From assembly GCA_963714445.1 (NCBI GenBank), contig CAVQPP010000260.1, forward strand, positions 9,115 through 73,114: 64,000 bases of DNA, given 5' to 3'. Positions 38,656-49,920 of the stretch are shown one piece after another. The notes below the pieces were generated by a model. The model worked only from the letters and a program-made list of their open reading frames with translations. It was not told the DNA's origin and did not search any database. The DNA is from an uncultured Actinomycetota bacterium (GTDB taxonomy: Bacteria; Actinomycetota; Actinomycetes; Streptomycetales; Catenulisporaceae). The translations under genes and the position numbers were made by a program. How positions within the stretch are numbered: the stretch's first letter is position 1; every line of letters begins with the position of its first letter.

Positions 38656-39036
38656 GTGCTCCCTGGGACGGCAGCCCTGGCCTGGCGGGCTGTGCGGGGG
38701 GCGGACTTGACGGGGCGGGCGGAGGCGAGCGTGCGTCGTCGCGGGCCCACGGACGGGCCGCTCCCGGGAACGCGCACCGCTCCCGCCCGGCCCGCCGCCA
38801 CCCCGCCGGATGCGCCCAGGACCGCGGCGGACCGATTGCTGACAATCGAGGAGGTGACCACCGAGCTGCGGGTGTCGCGGGCCGCGTTCTACCGCTGGCG
38901 CCGGGGGGGAGTCGGCCCGCCGGTGGTGCGGCTGCCTGGTGGCGGGGTGCGGGTCCGGCGCAGCGCACTCACCTGGTGGCTGCGCCAACTGGAAGCAGAC
39001 ACGCGAGAGGGACAGGAGCACACAGCAGATGGATAG
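38656..39036 (+). CDS. xis: AlpA/excisionase-like HTH protein
   Basis: LLTIEEVTTELRVSRAAFYRWR...GP...LPGG. Overlaps the integrase start; its own start is uncertain. Confidence 0.8.
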   Translation: MLPGTAALAWRAVRGADLTGRAEASVRRRGPTDGPLPGTRTAPARPAATPPDAPRTAADRLLTIEEVTTELRVSRAAFYRWRRGGVGPPVVRLPGGGVRVRRSALTWWLRQLEADTREGQEHTADG

Positions 39037-40441
39037 CTACGACGTCAGGTTCTGGGACATCAAGCGGCTCGGCACCGGCAGTGGGGCACGGTTCCGGGTC
39101 CGGTGGGCCGTGGACGGGCGGGAGCACTGCAAGTCATTCAAGGCCCGTCCCCTCGCGGACGGCTTCCTGACCGGCCTGAAGGACGCGGCCCGCGACCGGC
39201 GGTCCTTCAGCGCCCGCACCGGCCTGCCCGAGGCTGAAACGACCGGGGACGAGATGGTGACCTGGTACCAGCACGCCCGTACCTACGCCGAGGCCAAGTG
39301 GCCGAACCTCGCCCCGGTCTCCCGCCGGTCGGTTGCCGAGGCGCTGGTCACCGTCACCATCGCCCTCACCAGCAAGGAGCCGGGCGCGCCCGAGCCCACG
39401 GTGCTGCGCGCCGCGCTGTTCGGCTGGGCGTTCAACCCCGCCACCCGCGAGCAGGCCCCACCGCCGGAGATTGCCGCCGCGCTCGGCTGCGCCGGGCGAG
39501 CCTCCCTGCCGGTCGCCGAGCTGGAAGACACCGCGACTGTGCGGGTGGCGCTGGGCGCCTGCGGCAAGACGCTGGCCGGGAAGGCGGCGGCCGGGTCAAC
39601 GCAGCGGCGCAAGCGGTCGGTGTTCTACAACGCGCTCGGCTACGCCGTCGAGCAGGGCCACCTCGCCGCCAACCCGGTCAACCGCATCCAGTGGACTACC
39701 CCGGCCGTCGCGGCGAGCGTTGACCGGCGGGTGGTCGTCAGCCCTGCCCAGGCCAGGGACCTGCTGGCCGCCGTGCGGGGGCTGAGCGGGCGGGGTCAGC
39801 GCCTGGAGGCGTTCTTCGGCTGCCTGTACTACGCCGCGCTGCGGCCGTCGGAGGCGGTCATGCTCCGCGAGAGCGACCTGTACCTGCCCAAGAAGGGGTG
39901 GGGGAGGATTGTCCTGGCCGCCTCCGCCTCCCGCGCCGGCCGGGCCTGGACCGACCACGGCACCGCCAGGCAGGAACGGGGCCTGAAGCACCGCGCTGGC
40001 AACGAGACCCGCACCATCCCCATCCCGCCCGAACTGGCCCGGCTGCTGCGCGCCCACATCAAGAACTACGGCACGGCCCCGGACGGGCGGGTCTTCCAGA
40101 CCGCCCGGGGCGGCATCCTGCAAGACTCCGGCTACAACGAGGTATGGACCGGGGCCCGCAAGCAGGCCCTCACCCCCGCCCAGCAGCGCTCCCCGCTCGG
40201 CCGCCGCCCCTACGACCTGCGCCACGCGGCGGTCTCGCTGTGGCTCAACTCCGGGGTACCGGCGACCGAGGTCGCCCGCCGCGCCGGGCACGGCGTCGCG
40301 GTCCTGCTCAAGATCTACGCCCACTGCATCGACGGGCAGGCCGACGCCGCCAACCAGCGCATCACCGTCGCCCTCAGCACCCAGGACACTGGCGGGGAGC
40401 CTGATGATGAAGGTGACGGCGGCGTCGAGCAGGCTTCCTGA
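39029..40441 (+). CDS. int: Tyrosine integrase
   Basis: AALRPSEA, YDLRH, AGH...KIYAH. Confidence 0.9.
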   Translation: MDSYDVRFWDIKRLGTGSGARFRVRWAVDGREHCKSFKARPLADGFLTGLKDAARDRRSFSARTGLPEAETTGDEMVTWYQHARTYAEAKWPNLAPVSRRSVAEALVTVTIALTSKEPGAPEPTVLRAALFGWAFNPATREQAPPPEIAAALGCAGRASLPVAELEDTATVRVALGACGKTLAGKAAAGSTQRRKRSVFYNALGYAVEQGHLAANPVNRIQWTTPAVAASVDRRVVVSPAQARDLLAAVRGLSGRGQRLEAFFGCLYYAALRPSEAVMLRESDLYLPKKGWGRIVLAASASRAGRAWTDHGTARQERGLKHRAGNETRTIPIPPELARLLRAHIKNYGTAPDGRVFQTARGGILQDSGYNEVWTGARKQALTPAQQRSPLGRRPYDLRHAAVSLWLNSGVPATEVARRAGHGVAVLLKIYAHCIDGQADAANQRITVALSTQDTGGEPDDEGDGGVEQAS

Positions 40442-40599
40442 CGCTTGCAAATGTGCGCCGGGTTTGCAGGAGGATTTCGCTGGTGTTGAGCCTGAACCTG
40501 GGCAGTAAGCACATCAGAGACCCCTGAATGATGAGGGTGTAAGCACATCTGCATCAACCTCTGACAAGCCATGATCCAAAATACTTATTGGACGCACGC

Positions 40600-40720
40600 C
40601 CGACAGGTGTCCCGCTGGCTCGGCCACAAGAACATCAAGGTCACGCACCAGATCTCCTGCACTCGTGCCGACCTCCTGGGACCGTACCCGGACCGTCCTG
40701 GATGACGCCCGCAGGGCAGG
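40600..40720 (+). pseudogene. C-terminal remnant of a different tyrosine integrase
   Basis: VSRWLGHKNIKVTHQI... then SWDRTRTVLDDA in a shifted frame. Confidence 0.55.
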
Positions 40721-40875
40721 CGGGAGCAGCCGCCAAACCCGGAATCTGCGAGCTGAACCATGGCCGAATGTCCAATCAGGGCGGCGCATCCCTCTTCTTC
40801 GGTCAGATTCACCCCGGCGCCGGCGTGCGCTTGCTTCATCTGCTGGCAGGAGCAGCTTGTGGCTTTGCCTGGTGG

Positions 40876-42150
40876 CTATGCCCCTGCTTGCCCAGCGAGC
40901 AGCAGGAGGCGCCTGTGAAGCTTGGGGATGAGATGGTGCATGGTTTCCTGCTCGCGTCCGAGTCTTGTGGCGGCGATCCTCGCGGCGAGTGCCCTGAGGT
41001 CGGGGTGACCGGTGACGGCAAGGTCTTGGGCCAGGCTGACTTGCTTGTCGTCTTGCTCTAGGAACGCGAATTCGTCGTGGAGCCCGGCCTCCATGAAGAT
41101 GGGACTGACGGGGCGCTCGGATCTGCGCTGGAGGTCTCCCACGATGTTAATGCCGTGGGCGTCCAAATCGGCCCAGCATGCCGTCACCCTGTTGATGGAT
41201 CTGACGAGGCCGGTGAGGCTGTTGTTGACGTACCCGTGACCCCATAGGCAGAGCCAGGTATCGGGGGCGCTTGAGTGGCGGCATATGGCTTCAAAGGTGT
41301 CGAGGTTCTCGATGACGAGCACGCCTTGGGCTTGTGAGTAGTCCAGGGTTCCGTACTGCTGGGCGCTGCGGGCCGGGATGGAGACCCACGGGCGGGCAAC
41401 GCGGGCATCTACGGCGGTTGTTCCCGCGGTCCAGGAGAGCGGGCCGCGGAGCCTTACTTCCGGCTCCATCGTCTCCAGGGCGTCGTCGAAGTCCATGCCG
41501 ATGACCCGCCCGAATGCCAGCATGCGAGGCTCGGTCCAGGCCTTCGACCAGCCGAGACTGGTGGCGGCAAGCTCTCGCGCCGACAGGGGCTGACCATTGC
41601 GCTGCGCGCGGTGCCAGCCAGCTGCCGCGCGCAGCGCTGCGTCGTAGACCGACCACGTGCCCGACTGGGTTGCGGAGTGCTCCGGGACGCGCAGGGGCGT
41701 GCCTGGCTGGGCCTGGGACAGGAGCTCTCGTTCGAGGCTGAGTTCCGGCGTTGCCGCGATGGCATGCAGGAGCCCCGCTCGTGCCTCGTCGGGATCCAGC
41801 TTGCCAAGGAGGACGCGGACCTCGTCGCGGCGCCCGTCGGCAAGGGCTGCCCGGTAGGGCCGCCAGTGGTAGACGGCGGCGTCGCCCTCGGCCTTTTCTT
41901 CCAGGCGCAGGACGCCGCAGGCGGCCAGTACCAGGGCCGCGTTCTCTTCCTGGGGACGCACCATGATTCCTGGGATGGACTCCGAGGCCAGCGCCCGCCG
42001 CAGCAGGGACCGGGCTGACCAGGCGGAGTCGCCCGGGAGCCGGACCAGGACGGCCTGTGCCTCCTCCACGGCGGCTACGGGCTGCACCCTGCGGCCGTGT
42101 ACCAGCTTGCGGCCGAGCCGAACGCTGCTGTTGCTTGCGTCGGGGGGCAT
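40876..42150 (-). CDS. jetD: JetD-like Toprim nuclease
   Basis: VLVIENLDTF, GHGY, WADLDAHGINI and EQE motifs. Last gene of the SMC operon. Confidence 0.8.
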   Translation of the reverse strand: MPPDASNSSVRLGRKLVHGRRVQPVAAVEEAQAVLVRLPGDSAWSARSLLRRALASESIPGIMVRPQEENAALVLAACGVLRLEEKAEGDAAVYHWRPYRAALADGRRDEVRVLLGKLDPDEARAGLLHAIAATPELSLERELLSQAQPGTPLRVPEHSATQSGTWSVYDAALRAAAGWHRAQRNGQPLSARELAATSLGWSKAWTEPRMLAFGRVIGMDFDDALETMEPEVRLRGPLSWTAGTTAVDARVARPWVSIPARSAQQYGTLDYSQAQGVLVIENLDTFEAICRHSSAPDTWLCLWGHGYVNNSLTGLVRSINRVTACWADLDAHGINIVGDLQRRSERPVSPIFMEAGLHDEFAFLEQDDKQVSLAQDLAVTGHPDLRALAARIAATRLGREQETMHHLIPKLHRRLLLLAGQAGA

Positions 42151-42162
42151 GGGTCCTCGGTG

Positions 42163-45027
42163 TCAGGTCAGGGGCTGCTGCAGCGATTCGAAGCGTGCGT
42201 CCAGGCTGGGCGCGTCGAGCCTGGACATCAGGCGGACGGGCGGGCTGAGCGTGTGCCCAGGATCGCGGGGCAGGAACGTTACCTGGATATCGCATGATCC
42301 GGCGACGGCGGTGCCCTTCCCGTGTGTGGGCGCGCTGAGGATGAACTGGACACGGCTGGACAGTCGGCTCATGAGCTGGGCGATCTGCCCGGTGTTGGTC
42401 CCGTCGAGGTGGGCGTTGTGCTCGTCCACGATCAGCAGATCGGCTGCCTGGCCAAGGCTCATTGCGGCGAGCAGCAGCATGATCGCTATCTTGGTGCCCT
42501 GGCCGCCGGAGTGGATTCCCTCCTGGTATGACACGGGAGTCTCGCCGATCTTGTGCGACACCAGGACGTCGATGCCCAGTTCTTCCTGCATGTCGCCAGG
42601 CACGAGCTCTATCCGCCCGTCGATGCCCGCCGTCGCGCAGATGTCCGAGAAGTTGTTCCGTAGCCTGCGCACGAGGGCGCGGATATGGTCGTCATAGCGT
42701 TTTCGTGACTCTTCGACCATCCTCTCCTGGGCTTCTAGTTCGCCGATCCTGTCGGCCACGAGCTGCTCGACATCCGTGAGCCTGCGCTCCTCTGCCTCGC
42801 ACTGGCTGACTATGACCGGGTCGCGGATGTCATCCGGGAACCGGTCCCGGTCGTTGACCTCCGCCGCCAGTATGGTGCTTTGGGCCTCCAGCGTGGATGC
42901 CCGGCTCAAGGCGCGCGATGTCAGCCTCGGTGAAGTCGGGAGGCAGCGGGGCCGCCTGGGCCGCCAGCTCGGCTACCATGCGCCTGCTTGCGAGCGTGCT
43001 TAGTTCGTTCCCGGCATCCCGCAGGCGCCCTTCGGTGGCGGTCGCCCGCTCTTCGAGGCTGCTGGCCTCGGCTATCGCGGTCTGGAGATGGCCGAATAGC
43101 TCCTTGGCCCTGGCTGAGGCGCTGGCGTGGTCCTGCATCGCCGACCGGTTCGCTTCGCATGCCGTGGCCAGCAGGTGGCAGGCGGCCCGGAACGCCTGCC
43201 TTTCTCCTGCAGGCGGCGGACCGCGTCGAGCAGCCGGTACGCGGAGGCGAGCCGCTCCCGCAGCGGGGCGGCCTCGGCACCAGACTCCGCGACGACGCTG
43301 CGGGACTCCTCCATCGTCCTTCGGATGCGGGAGGCCTCCAGCTCACGCGCCTCCGGATGAAGCACATGATCTCGGACGGGTGTCATGCGGGAGAGAAAAC
43401 GCCCGTGACGCATGCCGTCGGGCGTGGTGGCGTCCGCTCCTGTCTCAATTAGGCTGGCCGCTTCGCTGCTGCTGGAAGCCGGCATGGCGTCTAGGATGGC
43501 GAGCAGCGCGCCGAGCCTGCCGTCGCCGCGGGCGAACCTGAGCACGCCCGACGGGCTTCCGGGTCCTGCGGGGGCAATTGGCCACGGATAGCCTGTAGCA
43601 GCTGCCAGCTCGCGTGCATGTTGGTAGTGCGCGGGCGGCACGACCACGGCCCAGACCGCATCCCCGAGCGCCGCTCGGGCGTGAGCAGACCCGGTAGCGT
43701 CGCCTGCCGTGCCGGCGAGCGTGTCGCCGACTACGATTGCCTCGATCCCGGTTTCCCGGAGCTGGTCGTGGAAGGCGCGGACGGCGGCGGGCGCTGCGCT
43801 CCCGCCTGTGAGGACGCGTTCAAGATCCTCCTGGAGCGTGGCTATCTCCGCCTCAGCCACGTGACGGGCACGCAGGCATGCGGACAGGGCTATCTCGGCC
43901 GACTCGACTGTCGCAATGACCTCTTCCCGGGAGGCCCTGCCGACGGCAGCCCAGGCGGCATCGAACTCGCGCCATGCCTGCCTGGCCTGCTCGCCAGCCT
44001 TGCCGAGCTGCATGGCAGCCTCTCTGGCCGCAGTGCTCAGGCGCTTCTCCAGCCCGCCTAGTTCCTCATGCTCGTGTTCCAGGCCAGCGATCCCCGCTTT
44101 CCTGGCATCGGCGACCCTGCGGTCCTCTGCCGCGGCAGTCGCTAGCTTGGCGACCTCTTCCTGCTTCGACGAGAAGTTCCTTGTGGCTGCTTCGAGTTCC
44201 TCTGCGGCGGCGAAGTGGCGGGCAGCGGGAAGGAGGAAGCCGTCGATGGTCTGCAGCTTTCCCCTGAGGGCTTCCCATTCACGGTACTGGCGGAGCTTGG
44301 ACTGCAGTTGGGCGAGGCCGAGCTTCTTCTGCTCGAAGTGCTGCCTGGCTTCCCGGTGCAGGGTCTTTGCCTCGCCGTACTTGACGCGCGCGACCCGGAA
44401 CTCATCCAGCGTGCCCTGGCGCCCGGTCAGCTCTAGGAGGCGGCGCATGAGCCCGGACCGGGTTTCCGTCACGAGCCGGTCGGTCTCGCCCTGAGGAAGG
44501 GATAGCACGCCGCGCAGGGCCTTGGACACTCCGGCTCGGTCGAGGAGGTAGTCGTATTTCTGCGGGCCGAGCCACCGGTTGTCGGGCATGTGGGCCAGGC
44601 CATCCAGGTCCGCGTCGATGGGGCGCTCGCGCCCCCAGGTGACGTGGCCTGGCAGTACCAGGTACTTGCGCTTGTCTCCTTGCACCCGGCAGATGACCGT
44701 CGCGTGCTCAGCGTCTTCGCACCCGTTCCCGGCCACGGCGAACACACGGTGCCGCCGCCCGGGGTGCACCGGGTTGGCGAAGGTCGCCCGGAGCCAGGCC
44801 TGGTCCGCCGGGATGTTGGAGGGCCCTCCGTTGAAGATGTAGCTGGCCGGGGTGCGCCGCTGGGAGAAGTCCGCGACGCCCAGGATGACCTTAAGGCCGT
44901 CCAGCCAGCAGGTCTTCCCTGAGCCGTTCGGCCCGACCGCGATGGTGATGCCGGGCGCTGCGAGAGGGATGACGTCGGGGCGCAGCGATCCCCAGTTGAC
45001 GAACTGCGCCTCCTCAATCTGCGGCAT
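42163..45027 (-). CDS. jetC: JetC-like SMC ATPase (two frameshifts near 43202 and 42910)
   Basis: NWG...GPNGSGKT head, long coiled coil, HSGGQ signature and LLIVDEHNAHLD, spread over three ORFs totalling about 955 codons. Confidence 0.8.
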
Positions 45028-45640
45028 CGGGGGTTCCGTCCGTGCCGCCAGGCGCACCGGACTGTGCAGATGGTTCCTCGCCCTGTCGTTGCAGCCGCGC
45101 CAGGCGCTGGTGACGGAGCATGAGCAGGCGCGCCTGCTCAGTTGCCCTGACCTCGTCGATCGTGTCCATCATGGGGCCTGCGGACAGTTTTCCCTCGCGC
45201 TGGATGAGGAACCTTGCCCTCTTCAGCTTCCCCACCGAGATGCCGACAGTCGTCCTGGACAGGGCCGGTATGCTGCTCACCACTTCTGACTCCTCTAGCG
45301 GTATCTCCTGTGGCTGCTCCGAAGCGAACATGGCATCGTCGTCCACTGGCAGCCGCGAGTTTTCCGCTGGCAGGAACCTGAGATGGAGCCAGCACACCGC
45401 CAGGACCGCAAGGTCTGCGCTGTTCAGCAGGCTAGGGGAGTCGATCACCGCGGCCTCGGGCGCGCCGCGCGTAAAGCTGGCCGTCCATGAGTCGAAGTGC
45501 CGGGAGTAGACGAGGTCGCATCCGGCCTGGCTGAGCCGATATTGGACCTCCTGCCGGGCGTCGTCATCACCGAGTTCCGGAAGGTGTTCCGCGGAGACGA
45601 CGCCGGCGAGCAGCGCGCGGGAGATCTCAACCGGTGTCAC
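45014..45640 (-). CDS. JetB-like subunit
   Basis: 208 aa, overlaps both neighbours, with a wHTH-like C-terminal half. Assigned mainly by position. Confidence 0.6.
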   Translation of the reverse strand: MTPVEISRALLAGVVSAEHLPELGDDDARQEVQYRLSQAGCDLVYSRHFDSWTASFTRGAPEAAVIDSPSLLNSADLAVLAVCWLHLRFLPAENSRLPVDDDAMFASEQPQEIPLEESEVVSSIPALSRTTVGISVGKLKRARFLIQREGKLSAGPMMDTIDEVRATEQARLLMLRHQRLARLQRQGEEPSAQSGAPGGTDGTPDAAD

Positions 45641-46919
45641 GGGGCGACCGTCCCGCTGGCTTGCGCAGCACTGTCAGTGAGAACCAGCCGACCCCGCGCT
45701 CCCCGATGCGGCAGAGGTCACGCCTGGCATCAAGCTCCACGAGCATGCTGTTGTCCCCGGCCGGCCCGTATCTGGACCAGGCTTCAACCGCGTCGATCAT
45801 GCGGCCGACCGCGCCCTCCCACGTTCTGTCCACGACCCATTCATGCAGCCCGATGTCCCTTGTGGCCACGAGCTCCTCCAGTGCCCTGGCAGCCGAGTCC
45901 GCGGGGTCTGCCTCCGGGTCGTCTGCCGGGTCGAGGCGGAGGTCGGTGGGCTCGGGCGGCGGCAGCGGGCGGCGGCGCTCCCTGGAAAGGTATTCATCGA
46001 GCGCGGTGAACGCGGCGACTGTGTCAGGCGCCGGCATGAACACCGGCGCCTGCGCCGAACCGGAGACCAGAGCAGCCAGCGTCTCGGTGTCGCTCCGGGC
46101 AGTCATGTCCCGGAGGTCTTCCCGGGTAACCCGTAGGGTCCCGCGCATCCGCATCCCGGCGCGCATGGACAGCGAGCTGATGACCTCGGCTGCTAGGCGC
46201 CCGAGGCTGGCGATCATGTGGTGCGCCCTCTGGTCATGGTCCAGGAACTGGGCGTCCCCGTGGAAGCGCGCGAACATGTCGGCCTGCTCGTCAAGCAGGG
46301 ACCGCATATCTTCCACGTGGCTTTCTGCCATCCGGGCGGCTTCCAGTAGCGACTCGTCAGAGTAGTCATCCAGCAGTCGCCTGAGCTCGTCGTGGTCGAA
46401 CTCAAGAACCGCGATCGCGGAAAGGAACGTGGCATAAGCCACCTGCGCTGGCGCGTTCATGGCATCGGCGAGCCGCATAGTCGCCGCCAGGATCTTGATG
46501 ATCCGGGTGTAGTCAACGCCCGAGGTCGTGAGCGCCCCGCACACAGCCGCCACGACCCGCGCCTCGCGGGTGAGCTGGTACGTCTCGGCCCTGGAATCGT
46601 AGGCCAGCAGGCCAGCACCCCGCAGATCCCGGACAAGCCGCGTAGCCGACGACTGCTCCATCCACGGGACCGAGTCATGGATGGCCCTGATGGGCAAGCG
46701 AGCGCGGGGAAGTACGGCAAGCTCACGCAACATAGCCACCCGGTACCGCGCGAGCCTTCCGTGCCCTACCAGGCCCGCGAACATCGCGACGATCGGCAGA
46801 GCCTGCTCCACCAGGGGAAGGGGTGTGAACCGCTCCGGCACCGTGAGTAAAGGCACCCACCCCTCCGGCAGGCCATCCGCCCGCACTACTTTCCCAGGCT
46901 CTGCCGATTCCTCCGCCAT
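45627..46919 (-). CDS. JetA-like kleisin subunit
   Basis: N-terminal wHTH (LVRDLRGAGLLAYD...YQLT) followed by a helical bundle. First gene of the operon. Confidence 0.6.
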   Translation of the reverse strand: MAEESAEPGKVVRADGLPEGWVPLLTVPERFTPLPLVEQALPIVAMFAGLVGHGRLARYRVAMLRELAVLPRARLPIRAIHDSVPWMEQSSATRLVRDLRGAGLLAYDSRAETYQLTREARVVAAVCGALTTSGVDYTRIIKILAATMRLADAMNAPAQVAYATFLSAIAVLEFDHDELRRLLDDYSDESLLEAARMAESHVEDMRSLLDEQADMFARFHGDAQFLDHDQRAHHMIASLGRLAAEVISSLSMRAGMRMRGTLRVTREDLRDMTARSDTETLAALVSGSAQAPVFMPAPDTVAAFTALDEYLSRERRRPLPPPEPTDLRLDPADDPEADPADSAARALEELVATRDIGLHEWVVDRTWEGAVGRMIDAVEAWSRYGPAGDNSMLVELDARRDLCRIGERGVGWFSLTVLRKPAGRSPRDTG

Positions 46920-47150
46920 AAATTGAACATAGCCCGAAGATGGCGCTGCGTCCTCTCTCAGAAGCGCTGCGTACCCGAACACAACGCGCTTGCCACGTCA
47001 CGCGATTTCAAGCCCATCCGGCACATACCTTCCCCGCAAGCCTGGGATCCGGCAGCACTCACCAGATCCGGCATCGCCTGGCTGGCGCGGCTGAGGTGGC
47101 CGTCAATGTCACGGACAGGCGCTTCATGCCGTACTACGCTGTGCTTCCGC

Positions 47151-48248
47151 GTGGTCGCCATCAGCCTGCTGGACCCGATCCCGGAGGACGTGGATACCGT
47201 GGCTGTTTCCCCGGCCGGGATGATCGTTACCGCGGCGAACGGCATCAGGTGGAGGCGGCTTCCCGGCAGTACTAGCTCGGCGGAGGAGTTCCTGGCCGTG
47301 CTGGCCGACCTGGGCGGCGACAGGATCGCCCGGGAGTGGAGCCTGTGGCGAGAAGGTGAGCCGCGCCGTGAGGACGACCGTCGGCACGAGGTGCTTTTTC
47401 AGTGGGAGCACGCCGACCCACCGCCAGGCCCGTACCTGACGGCCGAGGAGCTAGAGGCACGGTTCGAGGCCCGCTGGGCTGAAACTCAGCGTCAGAGGGA
47501 AGCGAGGGCGGCGGAGTACGACCACGACCGCGCGATGGCGCGCTTGAATCTGCTGAGCGCGCAGGCCGACGCTGGATTCATGCGCCAGGTCCTGGCAAAT
47601 CCCGTGAGCGAGGTGCAGCGGGACAAGGCCACGGAGTTCCTGGCCGCCGCCGGGCAGGAGGTCAAGGCGCTTGAGGCCCAGGTAGGCGACCCCGACGCGA
47701 TCCCGGATGAGCACGGTGACCTTCCGGCGACGCGGCGTGGGTACAACCTCGACTCGCACATGAGGCTCTTCCGCCATGAGGCTCTCCGCGCGTGGTCGAA
47801 GGGGCAGCGGCTGCGGTTCCGCCAACTGCTGGCCATGGCTGTGCCGCAGGCAGCCGACATGTGCTCTGAGTGCCAGGGGCTGGCTGACTGGCACACTTAC
47901 GGCGTGTCGCTGAGGCTGTTCCAGCCGACGCCCGAGCCCGGCTCGCAGGCAGAGACGATAGCCCGCCTCATGCCCGGATGGTGGGAACGGTGCCCCGCGT
48001 CCACGAGCATCCAGATCCGCCAGCAGTGGGGCCAGGGGCTGCCGGACTTCGACGGCGCCCAGTGGCAGGCCATGCTGACCCCGCTGCTTCGCGGCATCTT
48101 CGCCCCCGCGCCGCCCCGGCAGCGCGAGAAACCGGACCGGCGGGCATTCCTCGAGCGGCGGCTCCGCAGTGCAGAGGGCGAAGCCAGGCGCATCCGGCGT
48201 GAGCTTGGCGGACTCGGCCCCGATACCGGCGAAGGAAGGCGCCAGTGA
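47151..48248 (+). CDS. Hypothetical protein with coiled coil and CxxC/H/C motif
   Basis: Long ORF with coding-like composition, CSEC...H...C. Start uncertain. Confidence 0.55.
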   Translation: MVAISLLDPIPEDVDTVAVSPAGMIVTAANGIRWRRLPGSTSSAEEFLAVLADLGGDRIAREWSLWREGEPRREDDRRHEVLFQWEHADPPPGPYLTAEELEARFEARWAETQRQREARAAEYDHDRAMARLNLLSAQADAGFMRQVLANPVSEVQRDKATEFLAAAGQEVKALEAQVGDPDAIPDEHGDLPATRRGYNLDSHMRLFRHEALRAWSKGQRLRFRQLLAMAVPQAADMCSECQGLADWHTYGVSLRLFQPTPEPGSQAETIARLMPGWWERCPASTSIQIRQQWGQGLPDFDGAQWQAMLTPLLRGIFAPAPPRQREKPDRRAFLERRLRSAEGEARRIRRELGGLGPDTGEGRRQ

Positions 48249-49135
48249 ACCTGGCCAGTGCCCGCCTGATGGGTGGCGAACTTCGGTACGGCAACTACGG
48301 CTTTTACTGCTCAAACGGCAGGAAGCACGTGTTCCATCATCTCTTCTCGGAGAACAGCGGCACCAGCATGGACATCGGGCCCTGCGAAGGGGACGCCTGT
48401 CCTTTCGCGCAGACGCACGGACTCCACTACTGCCGGTCCTGCGAAAGCTGCCTCGATTCCCGCCGGATCACGCTGGACAGCGGACACGATCTCAAGGTGT
48501 ACTTCCACCCGCGCGGCGGCTGGCAGGGGAGAGGGAAGAACCGCCGCCGCGCCTGCAGCGTCACCATCATGCGCGCAGGCACCCTTGAGCCGGGCTGGTA
48601 TCACGAACTAGCGCAGCAGGCGGAGGCGGCTGACGGGTTGACAGCCAACCGGCCGCACGACTGGCTCGAATGTAAGCTCACGCGCGAATGCGCTACTAAC
48701 GAGAACGGACATCACTGGGCGTTCGAAGACGACGAAGGGATTACCATAAAGCACCCCGACGGTAGGCATGTCCTGCACTGGGACTCTGACAACCTGGCAG
48801 CGGATGGCGCGGTACAGCGGAACTGCAGTCATTGTCGCGAGACGCAGATGAAAAGGCCTGACGGACAATGGCGCGGCGACCGCGACGGCTGCCCCTGCTG
48901 TGAAGAACTTCCGCCGGAGCACGGGCAGTACTACTGCAAACGGTGCAGTCACGGCGCCCCGCGGTCGCTCGTGGCCCAGCCAGAGCGAGACTACTTCTCC
49001 AGTCACAACCGGGCGGGCGCAGGCGCAAGCATCATCATGACCGTGCCGCCCGGCCTGCGCAGGGACACAAAGGCGAGTTATCCACACGACGCCAACCCCC
49101 TGGGGCATGCCACCGGGACTATCGGCGTCCCGTAG
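48245..49135 (+). CDS. Cys/His-rich hypothetical protein
   Basis: CRSCESC, CSHC, CPCC, CKRC. GTGA overlap with the previous gene. Confidence 0.55.
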   Translation: MNLASARLMGGELRYGNYGFYCSNGRKHVFHHLFSENSGTSMDIGPCEGDACPFAQTHGLHYCRSCESCLDSRRITLDSGHDLKVYFHPRGGWQGRGKNRRRACSVTIMRAGTLEPGWYHELAQQAEAADGLTANRPHDWLECKLTRECATNENGHHWAFEDDEGITIKHPDGRHVLHWDSDNLAADGAVQRNCSHCRETQMKRPDGQWRGDRDGCPCCEELPPEHGQYYCKRCSHGAPRSLVAQPERDYFSSHNRAGAGASIIMTVPPGLRRDTKASYPHDANPLGHATGTIGVP

Positions 49136-49143
49136 GAGTCCCG

Positions 49144-49920
49144 ATGGTCCAGCTCAATCAACGCCAGCTCGACGTACTGCGCTGGATAGGCGACGGCTGC
49201 CCGGATCGCGACTGGCCCGACCACAGCCACAAACTGACAGCGCGTTCGCTGGCAGGCAAGGGTCTAGCGGACGTCAGGCGCAAGAAGAAGATCTGGACGG
49301 CCACAATCACGGCCGCTGGCCAGTACTACCTCGAGCACGGCAAACCGCCGCCCAGCCAGGAGTCCGACTTCGATACGACGGCTCAGCCGGCCTGCCGCAG
49401 GCAGCCGTCCGTGTCGCCGGACTTGCCACGGCTGGACGCGACAGCCCGTGCGATGCGCCGGGTCGCCGCCCGGCCGAAGACGACCACCGTCAAGCAGGCA
49501 AAGCGACAGATCAGGGAGACGTACGTGCGGTACAAGGTCGTGGTCACCCGTGTGCAGGTGGCCGAGCGCTTCGTCAGAGCAACCAGCGAGGAGGACGCGG
49601 CTGCCAAGGTACAGGAGGAATTCGACCGGCCGTACGGCTACTTCGGGTCATGGAAGACCACAACCTCCGAGGTAGATGTCGTTGAAGCCGAGCAGACAAC
49701 CGTCATCGGCCCGGTGCACCTGTCGAATGAGGGACCGTACCTGCTGAGCATCAAGGACGCAGCCAAGGCGCTCGGCATCAGCTACTCCACGCTGTACCAG
49801 ATGACGGCCCAGGGAGACATTGAGTGGGTCATGATCGGCTCGCGGAAGTACATCTCACGTGAGTCCCTGATCGACTTCATCAAAACCAACACACACAAGG
49901 GGTATTATGTCGCCCGTTGA
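49144..49920 (+). CDS. Protein with N-terminal wHTH and C-terminal excisionase-type HTH
   Basis: LLSIKDAAKALGISYSTLYQM...IGSRKYI at the C-terminus. Confidence 0.7.
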   Translation: MVQLNQRQLDVLRWIGDGCPDRDWPDHSHKLTARSLAGKGLADVRRKKKIWTATITAAGQYYLEHGKPPPSQESDFDTTAQPACRRQPSVSPDLPRLDATARAMRRVAARPKTTTVKQAKRQIRETYVRYKVVVTRVQVAERFVRATSEEDAAAKVQEEFDRPYGYFGSWKTTTSEVDVVEAEQTTVIGPVHLSNEGPYLLSIKDAAKALGISYSTLYQMTAQGDIEWVMIGSRKYISRESLIDFIKTNTHKGYYVAR

